A DNA stretch of 64,000 nt. Origin: Calditrichia bacterium (lineage in GTDB: Bacteria > Calditrichota > Calditrichia > RBG-13-44-9 > J075). How positions within the stretch are numbered: position 1 is the first letter of the stretch; every line of letters starts with the position of its first letter. Both the position numbers and the translations under genes were made by a program. The DNA is taken from assembly GCA_050633245.1 (NCBI GenBank), contig JBOEGD010000024.1, positions 96,001 through 160,000 of the forward strand, written 5' to 3'. The notes beneath the pieces are model-generated. The model saw nothing but the letters and a program-made list of their open reading frames with translations. It ran no database searches and had not been told where the DNA came from. Shown piece by piece: positions 49,826 through 59,577 of this stretch.

Positions 49826-50751
49826 AGCCCGGGATTATTAAAAATGAACAGCAAAGGGCGTTTATCGTTTTTGTCTACCAGTCGGCTGGTATTGTTGTTA
49901 TCTAAAATGATATAGATATAATCCTTATCAATAGCAAGGCCTTCAGCGTGGCCGTATTTCATGTTGGAGTAGTGATATCGCTCGTTTAATGCTACGTGAC
50001 GATAAGACCATGCATCTCCTTCATTGTAACCTGAATTCGTCGGCTCCATTTCGGAAATAAGGTAGGCATTGCGCTGAAGTGCGAATAGTCTGTTGTTATA
50101 ATAATACAGGCCGGCAAAGTCTACTGCGCCGGCTTTGTTAGATTTAAACTTGCTATAATCCATCTTTACAATTCGGCTGGAGGGTTCATCAAAGCTTAGA
50201 TTAACATCCAACAAACCTCGTGGCTGTCTCTCCATTGCCATTACAAATGTCGACTCTCCGGTTTTGGTAATACCTTCAAAATAGGCATTGTTTACACCGA
50301 AAAAGCCCTCCTCTTTACACATACCATAGTAGCTTGTGCTTGCCCAGCTGGCTTCCGATGTCTTTGCATTGACCTTTAAGATTTGGAATTGGTCTTCGCA
50401 CATCAAATAAAAATTGTCTGCATCATGAGTAATGCCTTCCAAATCGAGATCGTTTTCATGAGCCGGTGGGGTAAAGGTGAGATGCGGAACGACCGCTGCA
50501 TCCTTCTCACCCAGCTCAATTTTATAAAGAACGGTATCGCGTTTGTCTGAAACCGTATAAAGCACGCCGTTTTTTATCGTTAGACCAGACAGCTGTGCGT
50601 CTTCCAGGCCGTTTACGGACAATACTTTATGAAGAGTAAGCGTATCTACTTTAACAGCAGACATTGTTGGTTTCATTGAAATTGCCTTTTTATCCTTTTG
50701 GCAGGAAAATACTGTAATCAATAACAGAAAGAGGAGTGAAAGTGGTTTCAT
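49822..50751 (-). CDS. Lipoprotein, beta-propeller (SdiA-regulated / esterase-like phytase family)
   Basis: Lipobox VFSC; LSGL, DLEGIT, FEGIT, AEGLA, DNN repeats. Confidence 0.72.
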   Translation of the reverse strand: MKPLSLLFLLLITVFSCQKDKKAISMKPTMSAVKVDTLTLHKVLSVNGLEDAQLSGLTIKNGVLYTVSDKRDTVLYKIELGEKDAAVVPHLTFTPPAHENDLDLEGITHDADNFYLMCEDQFQILKVNAKTSEASWASTSYYGMCKEEGFFGVNNAYFEGITKTGESTFVMAMERQPRGLLDVNLSFDEPSSRIVKMDYSKFKSNKAGAVDFAGLYYYNNRLFALQRNAYLISEMEPTNSGYNEGDAWSYRHVALNERYHYSNMKYGHAEGLAIDKDYIYIILDNNNTSRLVDKNDKRPLLFIFNNPGL

Positions 50752-50832
50752 TTGAAAAATGCCTTCGTATATCGTGAATCGAAATTATTAAGATCTGCCC
50801 GCTTATGTCTTAATATATCTTAAATTTCTAAA

Positions 50833-51588
50833 TTATTCAAAATCTTCTGAGCCGAGATAGTTCCGGAGGCTGTCTCCAAGACTATTCACCGTTTTTAAAA
50901 CCTCTGTCAGCTTCGGTTTGCAAAATGGATTGTAACGAAATACATCCAGTAGAATATGATAGTCGTTTCGCGTTGTTTCTTTTACGTCAAGCAGCTCGTC
51001 GAACGATCGCGTATTCATCTCGCTTGATGTAATATCCAATCGCTCCAGGAGAGCTCCAACGAGCAGGCTGAGAAACTGCGAATCGGCCAGGGTTTTATCA
51101 TGGTCTTCGGGAGATTTGCGGACGATGTTCATGCCAGTTGCTTTTAATGCGTCTTCAATTGCAACGAAGCGCTCGTCCGTAATTCGCAGTGGCCAGATAA
51201 CCAGGTTTAAGCCGGTCAGATTCCAGTTTGCCATGCGTAGCGATTCGGGCCCGAACAAAGGATGACTTGCTATCAGATCGACCGATTTTGGTAACAGGCG
51301 TTCCATTACGGTGGCGGGATAATACTTTGTTGTGCAGACATCAATAACGATGCTTCCCGGTTGTACCACTTCGGAAATTTGCTGCGTTACGTTTTCGAAC
51401 TTGGATAGCGGTACCGCGGGGATAACAACCTTGCACGTTTTGATAACATCCAGATCTCCAATCAGCTCAGAATCCGGTAGCTTATCCAGCATGATAATGT
51501 CAAACTGAGGTGCATAGCTATTGAGCAGCTGTTGCAGGCCACGGCCAAAATTCCCCTTTCCAACAATTGCTATTTTCTCTTTGGACAA
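50833..51588 (-). CDS. tyrA: Prephenate/arogenate dehydrogenase
   Basis: Rossmann IVGKGNFG, DVCTTK, SHPLFGP, EDHDKTLA.SQ motifs. Confidence 0.82.
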   Translation of the reverse strand: MSKEKIAIVGKGNFGRGLQQLLNSYAPQFDIIMLDKLPDSELIGDLDVIKTCKVVIPAVPLSKFENVTQQISEVVQPGSIVIDVCTTKYYPATVMERLLPKSVDLIASHPLFGPESLRMANWNLTGLNLVIWPLRITDERFVAIEDALKATGMNIVRKSPEDHDKTLADSQFLSLLVGALLERLDITSSEMNTRSFDELLDVKETTRNDYHILLDVFRYNPFCKPKLTEVLKTVNSLGDSLRNYLGSEDFE

Positions 51589-51774
51589 GCTGTTTCTCCC
51601 TGCGAGTTTAAATAAGCGTTAAACATAATCACACTTTCTGGTAAAGCAAAGTTCCGCTTCATAAACTGACGGGTTTTCTAAAAGAAAAAAAACGCGAAAC
51701 GTGATTATATCCGTCATTATATCTACATTTACGCTGTAGAATTTAGCATTAGCCACCATTCTTATTGAGGCATA

Positions 51775-54762
51775 ATGGATTCAACCCGTTGGAATCAGAT
51801 TCAGGAAGTATTTGGCAAAGCTCTGGACCTTACCGAGCAAGAACGCGAGGCTTTTTTAAAAGAGGCCTGTGCAGACGATGCCGATTTGTTCTCAGAAGTG
51901 CAGTCATTATTGTCTGCTGACTCATCTGGCCACAGTATGCTTGATGGCGTCGCAATGGATACAGTGGGATCACCGGATTTGGTGATGCTGGTGGGGCGCG
52001 AAATCGGACCCTATCGTTTAACCGCTCCTATCGGCGAAGGTGGAATGGGAGCAGTTTATCTTGCAGAACGCGATGACGGGCAATTTGAACAACGCGTCGC
52101 GCTGAAGCTGATTCGCCCGGGAGTTCATTCCAAGGCTGTTCTACGACGTTTTCAGGAAGAGCGTCAAATTCTGGCGCAGCTCCAACACCCCAATATTGCC
52201 AGACTGCTCGATGGCGGGATGACCAGTGACGGTCAACCTTACCTTGTTATGGAATACATTGACGGCATGCCGCTTTTGCAGTATTGCGATAGCCAAAAGC
52301 TTGGTATTAAAGAACGACTGGCTATTTTTCGTGATGTGTGTTCAGCGCTTCAATACGCCCATAAGCGGCTTGTTATTCACCGCGACTTGAAGCCGGGGAA
52401 TATTCTGATAACTCGCGAAGGTGAGGCAAAGCTGCTGGACTTTGGCATTGCCAGAGTAATTGGAGAAGATCTTGATGGAATGGCACTTACCCAAACGGGT
52501 ATGCGATTGATGACTCCGGAGTACGCCAGCCCTGAACAGGTGCGTGGTGAGGTTGTCGGCACTTCTACCGACATTTATTCGATGGGTGTGCTTCTGTACG
52601 AAATGCTCACCGGGGTTCGCCCGCTGATTTTTAATTCACGTTCGCCCCTCGATATCGAAAAAGTCGTAACCGGCGAAATGCCGACTCGGCCCAGCCTTGC
52701 TGTTCAACAAACAACACAGCTTGTTGCGCCGACAGATTTCCTGGCGATGAGAAAGACCAATTTAAGGCAGCTGAAAAACACGTTGAAAGGTGACCTCGAT
52801 ACAATTTGCTTAATGGCTTTGCGTAAAGAGCCAGAACGTCGCTACAGCTCAATTGAGCAATTCTCGGAAGACATTCGTCGTTACCTTGCCGGACTGCCGG
52901 TTATTGCACAAAGTGACACTTTTGGCTATCGCGTCGGAAAATTTCTCAAACGAAATTCCTATGCCATGGTGGCTCTTACGGCTACGATTTGCCTAATCGG
53001 TTTATTGATTACATTTTATACGATTCGATTAACTGAAGAGCGCGATCGCGCTCGTACCGAAGCAAACAAGGCCGAACAGATTTCCGTTTTCCTAAGCAGC
53101 CTGTTTGAAGTTGCTGATCCGCAAAATTCACGTGGTGAAACCATTACTGCGCGTGAACTGCTGGAAGAAGGCGCTCAGCGAATTGAAGGAGAGCTGGCCG
53201 ATCAACCGGAAGTTCAGTCACGTATGATGACGATAATTGGTGAGGTGTATACCGGATTAGGGCTTTATGACAAGGCCGATACCTTACTAGAGCGTTCGCT
53301 GCGCAAGCAACGCAGTTTTCCAAACTCTTCTCGCCTCGAGATGATGAATACGCTGGTTACAGCGGGCATGTCTCGTCGTGCTTCCGGCATAACAGCGAAT
53401 GCCGATACCCTGTTCAAAGAAGCGCTTGCCATTGCTGAAAGAGAAGTTGGCAAAAGCGATCCACAGTATGCCGAAATTCAGCTGAAATACGGCGGACTGC
53501 TTTTGGACAAGGGGGAGATTGCTAAAGCGGAGCCGTTGATGCTCGAAGGCATTAAAGTGCTCAGGAAACATGCTGTCGAGCAGCCGAATGAACTTGCCGA
53601 AGGATTGCATCAGCTTGGAAAGCTTTACCATGATCTGGCGAACTATGATAAATCTGAAGAGATATATCGCGAGTCATTAAAAATTCGCGAGGAAATATTT
53701 GGGAAAACACATTTAAGCTATACGCGTTCGCTGACAGAGCTGGCCTTTCTAATGCAGGATGTCGGTCGTTTCGATGAAGCCGAAACCATGTTTCGCAGCG
53801 CCATCGAGTTGGATAGCACAATCTATAACGGCAAACATCCCAATCTCACCAGCGATTATTTTTATCTCGGTGCACTGTTGCACAATCGTGGAAAGCACAA
53901 AGAGGCAGAACCTATTTATCGCAAGGTCATTGCGCTCGACCACGAACAGTATGGTGACGAGCATCCTTATTTGGCACTAAGTATGAATGACCTCGCCGGT
54001 GTTTTGGTCGATCTCGACAATTATGCTGAAGCAGAATCGTTGTACTCAAAGTCTCTGGCGATGCAAATTAAGCTTCAGGGCCCGGATCATCCAGAAGTCG
54101 CGACAACTAAAAGTAACTTCGGCAACCTGATGAGCAGAACCTATCGCTATGCGGAGGCAGAACGTTTTTATAAGGATGCGCTTAGAATTCGAAAAAAACT
54201 ATATGGCGATTCCCATCCGGTTGTAGCGGTTAGTGTTTTTTCATATGGTAATATTCTCAGAACACTGGGGCAGCTTGAAGATAGCGAAAAATTTCTGCGT
54301 GACGCTCTGGAGATGCGCCGCGAGTTTCGCAAAGAGCCCCACCGTGATATTGCTCTGAACCTCGGTGCAATTGCCGGAACGCTTATCGAAATGGACAGGC
54401 TGGAGGAAGCGGAAGAGCTGACGCTTAAAGCACATGCGATGAATAAGGAAGTTTTGGGTGAACACGACTTGCGTATTGGCAATACCGGGAAGCAGTTGGC
54501 TCGAATAATGTGGCGTCAAAAACGCTACAAAGAAGCGGAAAAACTTTATGGTGAGGCACTCACCCTCTTTCGACGGGAACTGGCCTCAGATCATAAGCTG
54601 ATCGCTTCTACGACTATGCAGCTTGGGGAGATGCTTGTTGAATTGGGACGTGCTGCAGAAGCGAAGCCATTGTTGCAGGAAGCAAAGGCAATTTATGATG
54701 CTGATACATCGCCTTATAATAAGAACAAAGCTCGTATTCGTGAAATTCTGGCCAGAATTTAA
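51775..54762 (+). CDS. Membrane Ser/Thr protein kinase with TPR repeats
   Basis: GEGGMG, VALK, HRDLKPGN, DFG, TPEYASPE; TM helix; many TPR repeats. Confidence 0.93.
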   Translation: MDSTRWNQIQEVFGKALDLTEQEREAFLKEACADDADLFSEVQSLLSADSSGHSMLDGVAMDTVGSPDLVMLVGREIGPYRLTAPIGEGGMGAVYLAERDDGQFEQRVALKLIRPGVHSKAVLRRFQEERQILAQLQHPNIARLLDGGMTSDGQPYLVMEYIDGMPLLQYCDSQKLGIKERLAIFRDVCSALQYAHKRLVIHRDLKPGNILITREGEAKLLDFGIARVIGEDLDGMALTQTGMRLMTPEYASPEQVRGEVVGTSTDIYSMGVLLYEMLTGVRPLIFNSRSPLDIEKVVTGEMPTRPSLAVQQTTQLVAPTDFLAMRKTNLRQLKNTLKGDLDTICLMALRKEPERRYSSIEQFSEDIRRYLAGLPVIAQSDTFGYRVGKFLKRNSYAMVALTATICLIGLLITFYTIRLTEERDRARTEANKAEQISVFLSSLFEVADPQNSRGETITARELLEEGAQRIEGELADQPEVQSRMMTIIGEVYTGLGLYDKADTLLERSLRKQRSFPNSSRLEMMNTLVTAGMSRRASGITANADTLFKEALAIAEREVGKSDPQYAEIQLKYGGLLLDKGEIAKAEPLMLEGIKVLRKHAVEQPNELAEGLHQLGKLYHDLANYDKSEEIYRESLKIREEIFGKTHLSYTRSLTELAFLMQDVGRFDEAETMFRSAIELDSTIYNGKHPNLTSDYFYLGALLHNRGKHKEAEPIYRKVIALDHEQYGDEHPYLALSMNDLAGVLVDLDNYAEAESLYSKSLAMQIKLQGPDHPEVATTKSNFGNLMSRTYRYAEAERFYKDALRIRKKLYGDSHPVVAVSVFSYGNILRTLGQLEDSEKFLRDALEMRREFRKEPHRDIALNLGAIAGTLIEMDRLEEAEELTLKAHAMNKEVLGEHDLRIGNTGKQLARIMWRQKRYKEAEKLYGEALTLFRRELASDHKLIASTTMQLGEMLVELGRAAEAKPLLQEAKAIYDADTSPYNKNKARIREILARI

Positions 54763-54765
54763 GCG

Positions 54766-55260
54766 CTACGGTTTATCTGCAATCAGCACGTAGCGCCGTG
54801 CCTCGGAATAAAGCTCCTCACCCTCATCATTTAATATGCTTACCTGATAAAAATAAATACTGTTCGGAAGCGGATTATTCTGATCATCTTTACCATCCCA
54901 CTGAAGCTTATATACTCCGATTGCCTGCTTTTCGTCTACGAGTACCCGCAGTGGGTTGCCAAGAAAATTGAAAATTGTAAGCCGGACATGTGAAGGAAGC
55001 CGCAATTCGTAAACAATTGTCTGATTGGGCTCAGGGGATTCAGAGGTTTCAGGAAGAACTACCGGCGTAAATTGCAACTTTTTGGTTAACTGCTGTAGCT
55101 CTTTGTTGGCAGAATGTTTTTCGGACGCTGCAACGGTTATTGTGGAAGAGGTATCTTCTGCAACAGGTGATAGTCGCTTGCCGCTACTGCAATGACTCAA
55201 CAGTAGTGTGGCAAACACCAACATTGCTAATTTGCTGGTTATAGTAAGCAGTCGATTCAT
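54766..55260 (-). CDS. Lipoprotein with FlgD-Ig-like domain
   Basis: Lipobox LSHC; V.LTIFN.LG..LR.LVD, WDGKD, IYFYQ. Confidence 0.72.
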   Translation of the reverse strand: MNRLLTITSKLAMLVFATLLLSHCSSGKRLSPVAEDTSSTITVAASEKHSANKELQQLTKKLQFTPVVLPETSESPEPNQTIVYELRLPSHVRLTIFNFLGNPLRVLVDEKQAIGVYKLQWDGKDDQNNPLPNSIYFYQVSILNDEGEELYSEARRYVLIADKP

Positions 55261-55367
55261 AAATCTCCGTAAGATGGCGTGTATATTGGAAAACGTTATT
55301 CAGCGAAAGATGTTTCCACAAAGCTGATATTAAGTACTATTACAGGATCACTTCACATTTTGAGTTT

Positions 55368-55481
55368 GTCACCTCGAGCCCTTCGACTTCGCTCAGGACA
55401 GGCTCCGCCGAGAGGCTAAGAAGCTCTCAATAGGGCTTCGACGGGGTTTATCCTGAGCAGCGTCGAAGGACTCAGCCTGAC
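55368..55481. repeat. REP/MITE-like nested palindromic element
   Basis: CCTTCGAC (55380-87)/GTCGAAGG (55462-69) and GCTCAGGA (55391-98)/TCCTGAGC (55451-58) inverted pairs within GTCA...TGAC ends. Confidence 0.7.
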
Positions 55482-55533
55482 CAAATTCAATTATGAAGTA
55501 TATTTCAAATACTTATGTTAGACTACTTATTCG

Positions 55534-56052
55534 CTAAAGATAACGTTCTCGCATAATTCTAAAGTGATGCGCCACATGACCAGCAGTAACGTATATAAGT
55601 GCGCGTACGCTCATGGCATTATCGCTGGCAATTCCCTGTAGCTCTTCTTGCTCTTTATTCAAATTCGCAAACAGCATCAGATTGCTATTGCGCAATAACT
55701 TGAATTCCTCAACCAGGTTGGTCAAGGACCGTGAGTCGGCGTGGGCGGCTGTAATATAGGAATTTTCCTCAAAACCGGGGAGAGGTGTTTGGTCATTTCG
55801 GGAAAACCGCAATACGCGATAGCCAAAAACACGCTCCGCATCAGACATGTGACAAATTAATTCCTTAATGCTCCACTTTCCTTCCGCATAACGAAACAGT
55901 CCTTTTTCTTCATCTACTCCGGCCAAAACGGCGTCCAGGTCTTCAAGCTGTTGTTCCAATAGTGTCAGGACATTTGCTGATTCCGGTACTGCTGCAACAT
56001 AACCTGCATAAAAAGGTGCGTATTCAGTAGAATCGGGACGTGAAATGGACAT
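55534..56052 (-). CDS. DinB family protein
   Basis: YAEGKWSIKE..CHMSDAER, LPGFEE, AGH..HH. Confidence 0.88.
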   Translation of the reverse strand: MSISRPDSTEYAPFYAGYVAAVPESANVLTLLEQQLEDLDAVLAGVDEEKGLFRYAEGKWSIKELICHMSDAERVFGYRVLRFSRNDQTPLPGFEENSYITAAHADSRSLTNLVEEFKLLRNSNLMLFANLNKEQEELQGIASDNAMSVRALIYVTAGHVAHHFRIMRERYL

Positions 56053-56064
56053 TGCACTGCCTCC

Positions 56065-56766
56065 TCAGAGTAATCTATAATCGTTGAATATACTGATGAT
56101 TTTTTCGGTGTCGTTTAAGTCGGGCAGAATTACATCTGCCCCCTGTAGTGCTTTTTCATCATAGATGCCGGTTGCCACTGCAAGGCAGCGCATACCATTT
56201 ACTTTAGCGCATTCTACATCATGCGGCGTATCGCCGATAACCCAGCTGCGCTGTCTCTCAAAGCGCTTGCTAAAATGCTTCTCTGCGCGTTCTGCTGCGA
56301 TAGGAGGTAGCAGGTTTCGATTCTCAGCATCACTGCCGAATGCGCCAATGGGAAAAAATGTATTGAACTTCGGTGGTCTCAGTTTCAAACGGGCTCCGCG
56401 CTCAACATTGCCAGTGACCAACCCCATAGCGAAACCGAGATCTTCAGTCTCCTGAAGCAGGTTGGTAACACCGGGCAGAAGAGTGACGACCTCTTCGTTT
56501 GCCAAGGTTGTTTCCAGTCGCGATAAATACGCGTCCAGCAGTTTATCGATGGTTGCTTCAATATCAGAAACCTGAAGGTTGTTTTTTGTTATCAACGTGC
56601 GAAGAATTTTTCGATCGGTAGAACCGGCAAAATCTTTGGGGGACCAATCGATATCGCTATCGAAGGCTTCAGCGACAACACTTTGCACAATTTTTAGCGG
56701 AATGCGATTGGTACGCATCAGCGTGCCATCGATATCAAATAGCAGGAGAGTAGAGGAGGTTTTCAT
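56065..56766 (-). CDS. HAD-family hydrolase (phosphoglycolate phosphatase-like)
   Basis: FDIDGTL, LVTGN, IGDTPHD motifs. Confidence 0.9.
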   Translation of the reverse strand: MKTSSTLLLFDIDGTLMRTNRIPLKIVQSVVAEAFDSDIDWSPKDFAGSTDRKILRTLITKNNLQVSDIEATIDKLLDAYLSRLETTLANEEVVTLLPGVTNLLQETEDLGFAMGLVTGNVERGARLKLRPPKFNTFFPIGAFGSDAENRNLLPPIAAERAEKHFSKRFERQRSWVIGDTPHDVECAKVNGMRCLAVATGIYDEKALQGADVILPDLNDTEKIISIFNDYRLL

Positions 56767-56767
56767 C

Positions 56768-57673
56768 TTAATAACCCAGCTTGCGCAGCTGGCTTTCCTT
56801 CTTACGCCAGTCTGCTGCTACTTTAACGTATAACTTTAGAAATACATTGGTGTCGAGGAACTCCTCAATATCACGTCGGGCATTTTGCCCCACTCGCTTA
56901 ATCGCTTCGCCACCCTTGCCAATAATAATTCCCTTTTGAGAGTCTTTTTCAACGAGAACCACTGCTTCGATGTAAACCTGACCGGTCTTACGAACCTTAT
57001 ACTGTTCGATTTCAACGTGAGAAGAGTACGGAATTTCATCGCTGTAAAGTTCAAAGATCTTTTCGCGAATAAGCTCTGCAACGAAAAACCGCTCTTGCTG
57101 ATTGCTAATCTCATCGGTAGGATAATAGGGCGGGCTGAAGGGCAAACAGCTTGCGAGTTCTTTGGTTAATTCCTCGATGCCGTTGCGTTTTAAGGCGGAC
57201 AGCGGAACGATTGCTTTAAACGGGTAGAGCTTTTGTAGCGACTCTATCATTGGAAGCAGATAGTTGGTGTCGAGCAAGTCGATTTTATTAAGCGCGAGAA
57301 CGACCGGCTTTTTTACATTCTTTAGCTGCTCTTTCAGCACTTCCCAGGAATCGCGGCTCTTTACGGCATCGAGAAGATAGAGAAGCACATCCGCATCCTT
57401 TACCGCACTTTCCACGTAGCGCATCATTGCTTTTTGTAGATGATATTGTGGGTCGAGAATTCCCGGTGTGTCGATAAAGATCATCTGAAGCTCCGGTTCA
57501 TTCAGGATGCCTAACACGCTGCGGCGGGTTGTTTGCGGCTTACGTGTGACAATGGACAGCTTTTGATCCAGAAACTGATTCATCAGCGTAGATTTACCCA
57601 CATTCGGCATACCGATTACGGCAACATAGCCGGCGCGGAAGTTCTTGGGAAGTGGTTTAAGGAGATCTGTCAT
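56768..57673 (-). CDS. era: GTPase Era
   Basis: GMPNVGKST, KPQTTR, DTPG, NKID, KH-domain SQKGIIIGKGG; start set at ATG 57673. Confidence 0.96.
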   Translation of the reverse strand: MTDLLKPLPKNFRAGYVAVIGMPNVGKSTLMNQFLDQKLSIVTRKPQTTRRSVLGILNEPELQMIFIDTPGILDPQYHLQKAMMRYVESAVKDADVLLYLLDAVKSRDSWEVLKEQLKNVKKPVVLALNKIDLLDTNYLLPMIESLQKLYPFKAIVPLSALKRNGIEELTKELASCLPFSPPYYPTDEISNQQERFFVAELIREKIFELYSDEIPYSSHVEIEQYKVRKTGQVYIEAVVLVEKDSQKGIIIGKGGEAIKRVGQNARRDIEEFLDTNVFLKLYVKVAADWRKKESQLRKLGY

Positions 57674-57692
57674 ACCATCTCTTTCATTAAGG

Positions 57693-58280
57693 CTATTCGA
57701 CCAGCTTACCAAGACGCAGCATAGTTTCGAGCAGCTCACGCATTTCTTTTGGTCGGGTATCGTGTTTTAAGTTTTTGGAACTGCGCTCCAGAATCATTCC
57801 GGTTTGTGATGCCAGAATATAAACAAACGGATCAAGATCGGGGAGCAGCTTCTCGAGCTTGGGAATTTGTAGATGATGTAGTTTCGCCGGGTTCGTCGGG
57901 CGCAGGAGATAGCTTCCATCCAATAAATCGATCATTTGAGGAGCGCCATCTTCTACGTTCTCCTTATCCACCCACTGGCTGGATAACAAAGAGAAATTCG
58001 CTTTCGACTCGGCATGCATGGTTACATTAATGTAGTAACTGCGTTCTTCACCCGGCTTTTTCTCGGAGCTGATTGAGATAGTTGCATTGCGCTCTTTGTA
58101 AATTGTCTTAAAGCTTGGGCGATTGGCGAAGCCGGCGCGATTTACTTTGCCGCCGATTTCATCTTCCAGCTCCATAAAGTTGTCGTGCACTGCATCGAAA
58201 CGCAGCTTACGCATATAGATCATACCGTAGTAAACCAGTAGAACCAGGGCCATCAGGCCGGAAACTATCCAGAGAGACAT
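57693..58280 (-). CDS. Hypothetical membrane-anchored protein
   Basis: N-terminal TM helix; in an operon-like run with era. Confidence 0.7.
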   Translation of the reverse strand: MSLWIVSGLMALVLLVYYGMIYMRKLRFDAVHDNFMELEDEIGGKVNRAGFANRPSFKTIYKERNATISISSEKKPGEERSYYINVTMHAESKANFSLLSSQWVDKENVEDGAPQMIDLLDGSYLLRPTNPAKLHHLQIPKLEKLLPDLDPFVYILASQTGMILERSSKNLKHDTRPKEMRELLETMLRLGKLVE

Positions 58281-58296
58281 TTCTTTTCCCTTCGCG

Positions 58297-59241
58297 TTAG
58301 ATCATAAACGGAATTGGAATAAAGCACAGTATAAAAATTAAGATGCATAACCACCCGAGAAACTTTCGGGTCTTGTCCAGATGCACGCTGTTATCGCCTG
58401 TCGGTGGATGCACCAGACCAATCAACAGTAAAATAATAATCCACGGTCCCCAAATCAGGCCGTTTAATCCTCGGGAATAAAATAGCCAGCCGGTAAGCAG
58501 AAGAATTCCTACAAAGGCCGCGTAATTAACATATCGTGCTTGCGATCCGATAAGCGAATAAACGACATGCCCACCATCCAGCTGACCGATGGGGATGAGA
58601 TTCAGCGCGGTAATAAAAAAACCTATCCATCCGCAATAGATAAACGGGAAGTGATAAATTTCCGACATCGGAATAAGCCCACCGCCCAGAACCATATTAA
58701 AGGCGTAAAAGAGGGCCGAGTTACCCAGTGTTAATCCAGCTGCATCAGGATCCCACGGGTGAATGCGTTCGACAAATGCAATAACGCCATTCGCATCCGG
58801 CAGAGTTGCGTAACCGTAAAACAAAAAGCCCAGACTAATTACAAATCCGGCTATTGGGCCGGAGACGGCCACATCCATAAGCACTTTACGATCTGGAATT
58901 AGAGCGCGAATACGAATAAAGGCTCCCATCGTTCCAAAGTGAAAAAAGTAGGGAATTGGAACCGGAATATAAAAAGGAAGAGAGACATTTAACCCATGAT
59001 AGCGTGCCGCCAGATAATGTCCCATTTCATGTGCCGTTAAGATCGTTAAAATCGCAAAGGCATATCGCCAACCTGCCGTAAGAAGCAGCATTGGGTTTTC
59101 CAGCATTTGCTCTGGAGCGATGCCGTGATTTTGAGCCCCCATGAGCATTGTTGTTAGTATGGAAGAGAAGAAAAGCAGCGCATGTAGCCACAGTTTTTCG
59201 CGAGGAGGAGACGTTACTGGTGTACTGTAGGGTTCGTTCAA
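58297..59241 (-). CDS. Site-2 protease (M50 family)
   Basis: HEMGH, GTMGAFI, SGPIAG, NLIPIGQLDGGH. Confidence 0.92.
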   Translation of the reverse strand: MNEPYSTPVTSPPREKLWLHALLFFSSILTTMLMGAQNHGIAPEQMLENPMLLLTAGWRYAFAILTILTAHEMGHYLAARYHGLNVSLPFYIPVPIPYFFHFGTMGAFIRIRALIPDRKVLMDVAVSGPIAGFVISLGFLFYGYATLPDANGVIAFVERIHPWDPDAAGLTLGNSALFYAFNMVLGGGLIPMSEIYHFPFIYCGWIGFFITALNLIPIGQLDGGHVVYSLIGSQARYVNYAAFVGILLLTGWLFYSRGLNGLIWGPWIIILLLIGLVHPPTGDNSVHLDKTRKFLGWLCILIFILCFIPIPFMI

Positions 59242-59577
59242 GTAGATGCCTGATTCACAGATGAATATTTAGCGTAATGTCTGCTATGCAGATTGGTTCA
59301 ATTACTGAACGCTAAACATACAAAAAATATCCTTCCTTCTCAACCATATTCAATTCCCATAGCCTATAACCCGGATATCGCATGATCCGTGTATTTCTCT
59401 TCATCTGCCTCAAAAATATCACACGTTCAGGGGATAGTCATTTTCGGCCTCCGGCAATACGTTTCACTATACACAATTTAATAGAATGATGAACTTGCCG
59501 GTCGGCCCGTGGTTGGAAGCCCGCAAGGTTGAGACGTCATCATTCTGAAATTTTTTTCACAAGAGGAGGTAAGCAGA

